Source: Laetmonice hystrix (Eukaryota). Taken from it: a stretch of DNA of 64,000 nucleotides. Both the position numbers and the translations under genes were made by a program. The notes below the pieces were generated by a model. The model was not told the DNA's origin and did not search any database. It saw only the letters and a list, made by a program, of their open reading frames with translations. Below are positions 61,401 through 64,000 of the stretch, piece after piece. The DNA lies in the NCBI GenBank assembly GCA_965235115.1, contig OZ249451.1, positions 4,526,001 through 4,590,000 of the forward strand, given 5' to 3'. Within the stretch, counting starts at the first letter, position 1. Each line of letters opens with the position of its first letter.

Positions 61401-63278
61401 TTTGGAAATGAGAAAAATAAAAGGCATCGTCCGCATGGCATAGAAAGCATATCTCTTGGTTCCTATGTCCTTCATGTGCCTGGACGCAATTCTCCCAAAT
61501 TATAAGTTTGGCCTAGAGTATGAGAAGATGTTTCATCCTTACCTTTGTGCAGAGTAGGCGGTATGCCATGCCCCCCGGATTACCGCTGTCGGGTCGGCCC
61601 GGAGCGGCTCCAATGATTATGATTATGATTACGATTATGATTATGATTATGATTTGTACCTTTGTGCAGAGTATGCCATGCCCCCCGGAGTACCGTTGTC
61701 AGGTCGGTCCGGAGCGGCTCCGATGCGTTCCCATCTCAGCAGGTAAGATTCTACTAAACGCCGCTAGAGGGCCAAATATACCAGCCTCTTCCTGTTTCCT
61801 CTTGTTTACGTCTTCAGCATATCTCTCAAAATGTGTCACTGTCAATACTTTTGAAAAAAGAAAGAAAGAAAGAAAGAAAGTGGAAAGGCATAATACCAAT
61901 GTTAGATGGTTGTGAGATTTTTTAGTTGTTTAGAAGTACACTTAGTTCTTGGTCGAAGCAAAGTTCCAATGCTTAACGCTCCTCAACATTGTTATTATGG
62001 TTCTCAAGTGCCGTCCCAAAGTACGAAGTGAAGATTTTAGGAGGGCATACTCTATAATCAATAGACATCCGGGTATCCTCCGGGATACCCGGATCAGATA
62101 ACAACATCTACATCGATGTCTTGTTAAGGTGCTAAAATTGGCTCGTTTTTAAAATGACAAAATGGGGAGATAATTATTACATAATAGTTCGATATTACAG
62201 AATGAACCTCAGCAAGACCGACTTCATGCTAGTATTTATATCGTTACAAGAAGGTGTCTGTGTCGTTTATTTGTCTCATAAGGCGGTTTTTCAGGTATAA
62301 TAGAGGGGAGGGTGCTACATACAATACCGGCTCCGATTGTGTCCCAATATTTGAATTGAAAAAAAAATGCGTGAAGCCAAAAACTATTAACATGCGGCCA
62401 AGGTCAAGATCACGTCGCCTTTTGCATCTTGTTTCCTAATCTCTTGTCCTCTTCCTTTCTAATTTTAGGTCGATATACTATTTTTCTAGGGTTACTTAGC
62501 ATTTTTAGATACCGATTATCTTCCGATATAGCTTGTAAACCATTACTTCGCAGTAGATTGCCACGTCTGACATCTTTATTGTCGGTTTGCTGACTAGAAT
62601 CAGGGTTTGAAGGCCTGATGTCCAGTCAGGTTTTGAAGGCCAGGGACTCGTTTCACTAACACTGTACGAGCTCGTATATGGCCTTATAGCTCGTAAACAA
62701 GAAAAAACTCCTACATTTTGCTATTATGATCTATAGATAATACGAGTTGTAACATATGAGTGTTTAGTGAAACGGTCCCCAGGCTGATGTGTTCAGTGAA
62801 ACGGTCCCCAGGCTGATGTCCGGTTGTTGAGTAGTCCAAGTAATCCGATTGGTCCTCGTTAATTACTAGACATCCGCTGCAGCTTGTCGCCCGATCCCGG
62901 ACCTTGCAGGGGCAGCATCATCTCCTACTTCTACGACTCCGACTCTGGCAGTTGTCGGACATTTAATTACGGTGGCTGTGGCGGAAACAATAACAGATTT
63001 GAAACGCAAAGTCGTTGTAGTGAAGTCTGTCAAAGCCAGCCAGATTCCGGCGGTGGCGGTGAGACCTTTACTTCCCTCGTGAATGCAGTTACCCCCGTTT
63101 ATAACCCCTTCAACCCCACCCCATGCATGTGGGAGCCCAACCCCTGACCCCTCAGGCCATATCACCATCCTTGCATGATTGGAACTGGAACGCGGAACCT
63201 CGGTTTGGGGTTCATTCAGTTCATTTTGGTAGTTTTCATGTATTTTATTTTTTCTTTTCCTTTTCAGCATTTTTATAG
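49394..63278 (+). CDS. Secreted multi-domain protease-inhibitor-like protein: signal peptide + 11 WAP + 3 follistatin-N-like modules + Kunitz; 21 coding exons, about 867 aa
   Basis: Exons 49394-49460, 49715-49726, 51194-51361, 52495-52632, 53088-53228, 53965-54195, 54415-54666, 55012-55209, 55375-55539, 56024-56203, 56962-57126, 57435-57611, 58554-58712, 59770-59783, 60332-60413, 60733-60806, 60938-61031, 61219-61232, 61670-61742, 62870-63058 and 63268-63278 join in phase (sum 2604 nt) with no internal stop. Confidence 0.85.
49715..49726 (+). CDS. Multi-WAP gene 12-nt microexon (DAQI), likely carrying the signal-cleavage site
   Basis: Acceptor tctttctatttcag| and donor TAG|gtaaga; phase 1 to 1. 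Confidence 0.7.
   Translation, partial: TRK
49937..51043. repeat. 53-bp intronic minisatellite, about 21 copies
   Basis: Unit tcaggccggggttaagtttataacatataccaagatcttactgtgggaatacg. Confidence 0.97.
51194..51361 (+). CDS. Multi-WAP gene exon: WAP1
   Basis: NC...KCGDPCIQDSSCPSNFRCCRIPGCGLVC has 8 Cys; ccccag| and A|gtaagg. Confidence 0.9.
52253..52351. repeat. Tandem duplication, 2 x about 50 bp
   Basis: aatggtacttggcataccaggtaccagatgggtaggtttctaggcctag occurs twice. Confidence 0.9.
52495..52632 (+). CDS. Multi-WAP gene exon: WAP2
   Basis: QCPLTFSGPCGLPCALGFSVCPDGGVCCYRPDCGYSSC has 8 Cys; donor G|gtaaat. Confidence 0.85.
53088..53228 (+). CDS. Multi-WAP gene exon: WAP3
   Basis: PCPAGVTGPCGATCGPRQLCEPGATCCFRFECGYSSC has 8 Cys; ctgtcag| and G|gtaaat. 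Confidence 0.9.
53719..53910. repeat. 42-bp intronic tandem repeat, about 4.5 copies
   Basis: Unit ccaaagtttatgagaccacccttccattgtaccaagatactt. Confidence 0.9.
53965..54195 (+). CDS. Multi-WAP gene exon: WAP4 (7 Cys) plus Thr-rich linker
   Basis: RHGVCP...ITCLVDGDCPGVFKCCPRLGCRTFIKLC; tttgcag| and G|gtaact. Confidence 0.85.
54415..54666 (+). CDS. Multi-WAP gene exon: WAP5 plus Thr/Pro linker
   Basis: KPGECP...SCGNPCYFDVYCPGQLKCCPLPGCGSKGVVC; an alternative in-phase acceptor exists at 54427. Confidence 0.9.
55012..55209 (+). CDS. Multi-WAP gene exon: WAP6
   Basis: KQGIC...SCHPTCFNDYECPNILKCCPIPACGGISTVC; cttttatag| and AAG|gtaaag. Confidence 0.9.
55375..55539 (+). CDS. Multi-WAP gene exon: WAP7
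   Basis: VC...ECEVRCSSSDECQESEICCMLPSCGSTGTTC has 8 Cys; donor AGG|gtaatt. Confidence 0.88.
55876..55965. repeat. (GA)n-rich microsatellite
   Basis: Seen directly; similar tracts at about 16600-16650 and 24230-24290. Confidence 0.9.
56024..56203 (+). CDS. Multi-WAP gene exon: WAP8 (putative GC donor)
   Basis: NCP...SCAEMVTCTRDADCPDERQCCFTLCGARC; best phase-1 donor GAG|gcacgt, with a weak GT alternative at 56173. Confidence 0.85.
56640..56712. repeat. (TAACCC)-like 18-bp microrepeat, possibly within a non-autonomous Helitron-like insert
   Basis: taaccctaaccctcactt taactctaatcctcactt taaccctaatcctcactt; the element assignment is inference only. Confidence 0.6.
56962..57126 (+). CDS. Multi-WAP gene exon: WAP9 (putative GC donor)
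   Basis: RPGACPNYNLPGNCRLYCLRDDQCDHGSRCCFTGCGKRC; tattccag| and CAG|gcatgc. Confidence 0.88.
57435..57611 (+). CDS. Multi-WAP gene exon: WAP10 (putative GC donor)
   Basis: RPGLCPNIHLPGQCQKFCKQDGQCSLNRKCCSTGCGRRC; ctctgcag| and CAG|gcaggc. Confidence 0.88.
58554..58712 (+). CDS. Multi-WAP gene exon: WAP11
   Basis: KNGICP...VCPGISCSKDDDCFGEQKCCVSGCGQRTIC; ttttacctttcag| and CAG|gtggat. Confidence 0.9.
59770..60413 (+). CDS. Multi-WAP gene: 14-nt microexon 59770-59783 (GERCG) plus exon 60332-60413 = Cys module 1
   Basis: cttttcag|...|gtaagt, then tccgatag|...G|gttagt. Product GERCG/PIFCPPSYRCERAPGCTSSLCAGRCVR has 6 Cys. Confidence 0.78.
60733..61031 (+). CDS. Multi-WAP gene: Pro-rich exon 60733-60806 plus exon 60938-61031 = Cys module 2
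   Basis: GGISLPGTPFPPIPPVQPRPGLSCS/TTVCVAGFECKLKDVVCITAPCNPVPTC; canonical donors gtaagt and gtaaga. Confidence 0.85.
61219..61742 (+). CDS. Multi-WAP gene: 14-nt microexon 61219-61232 (NNACD) plus exon 61670-61742 = Cys module 3 (FOLN spacing)
   Basis: C-x4-C-x5-C-x8-C in NNACD/SMPCPPEYRCQVGPERLRCV; ccttttag|...|gtaagt and tttgtgcag|...G|gtaaga. Confidence 0.82.
61541..61615 (+). pseudogene. Pseudo-exon: disabled partial duplicate of exon 61670-61742
   Basis: Same acceptor acctttgtgcag, an insertion after the acceptor, CGA TGC changed to CAA TGA, and no donor; separated from the intact copy by a (GATTAT)n tract. Confidence 0.8.
62870..63058 (+). CDS. Multi-WAP gene exon: BPTI/Kunitz domain
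   Basis: CSLSPDPGPCRGSIISYFYDSDSGSCRTFNYGGCGGNNNRFETQSRCSEVC has all six Cys and the FxYGGCxGNxNxF motif; attactag| and G|gtgaga. Confidence 0.95.
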
Positions 63279-63983
63279 ATTAGAACCAAGAAGCCCGACC
63301 TTCCTTTTTGATTTTATTCTCATTTTCCCATCCAGATATTAAGATTTTATTGAATGCACCTGTCAATATTGCCAGCATGTCTCTCTCCACAGAAGGGTCG
63401 TTGATTGGTTAAGGTTTGCATGCATGGTTTCAGTATACACAAACATGGACTTGCTTCTTCGTCGAGTAGCATTTTCAGGTTGTTAATCGTACAACCCCCT
63501 AAAGTTTAACCAAAAATTACACGCCAAAAAGAATAATCGAAATCGAAAATCTGAGAATGTTACGCGACAAAACAGGCTGTCTTCCTGGCTAAATCAAGTC
63601 CTGCTTGTCGTATATGTTTATTCAGTTTTTATTTTTATTTTTGTATATTTCATGTTGTCGTTTCATTGAGCTGTTTCACTTTACAATTTTCCTGTTGTAT
63701 CTACAACTATCGACATAATAACTAACAATAGCTCTGGGCCAACTTTTCAATGGCTTTCTTATAGCTAGTAGCAACTTCCGACTACGAGTACTACAAGTAC
63801 GAGTTTCATGTACTGCTTACCGTTTGCTAGCCGTCATGTTATCTTTTGTCTTCTGAACACATGACGGATAACGTGAAACTAACCGCAGTGTTGTAAACAT
63901 TTGTATTTCAACATAATCCATGCAAGATAAGGTAGTGCATAACCAATACTTAGCATAATCCATAAACCATCAGTACAAATAAA
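63268..63983 (+). other. Putative terminal exon (AFL-stop at 63276-63278) and 3' UTR with AATAAA at 63978-63983
   Basis: Long pyrimidine tract ttttttcttttccttttcag| at 63267. Alternatives are read-through to the stop at 63147 or further exons beyond the window. Confidence 0.5.
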
Positions 63984-64000
63984 GTACTAAATAACTAGAC

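Overview
Eukaryotic (metazoan) genomic DNA, not prokaryotic: it has spliceosomal introns, a tRNA-derived Meta-type SINE, LINE and Tc1 remnants, and many minisatellites. An echinoderm-like marine invertebrate source is my inference from poly-G/C tracts, abundant TAGGCCTA and the SINE type. The main content is a + strand gene that I reconstructed by hand from splice sites and reading phase. It has 21 coding exons (49394-63278, about 867 aa) and encodes a secreted protein: signal peptide - 11 WAP four-disulfide domains - 3 follistatin-N-like Cys modules - Kunitz (P1 Arg). Its splicing is unusual: three consecutive introns appear to need GC donors, there are 12- and 14-nt microexons, one 7-Cys WAP has an internal donor, and one duplicated exon copy is dead. 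The left end holds two convergent orphan gene candidates (2012-4299 on +, 8488-7537 on -). The middle (about 9-48 kb) is mostly intergenic. It includes a 4-kb 51-bp satellite abutting a Tc1 transposase remnant, a young CR1/L2-type LINE inserted in a 62-bp satellite with a 5-bp TSD, two SINE copies with TSDs, MITEs and VNTRs. Most long ORFs in the supplied track are artefacts of repeats whose unit length is divisible by 3. All coordinates and counts were read by eye; no searches were run.
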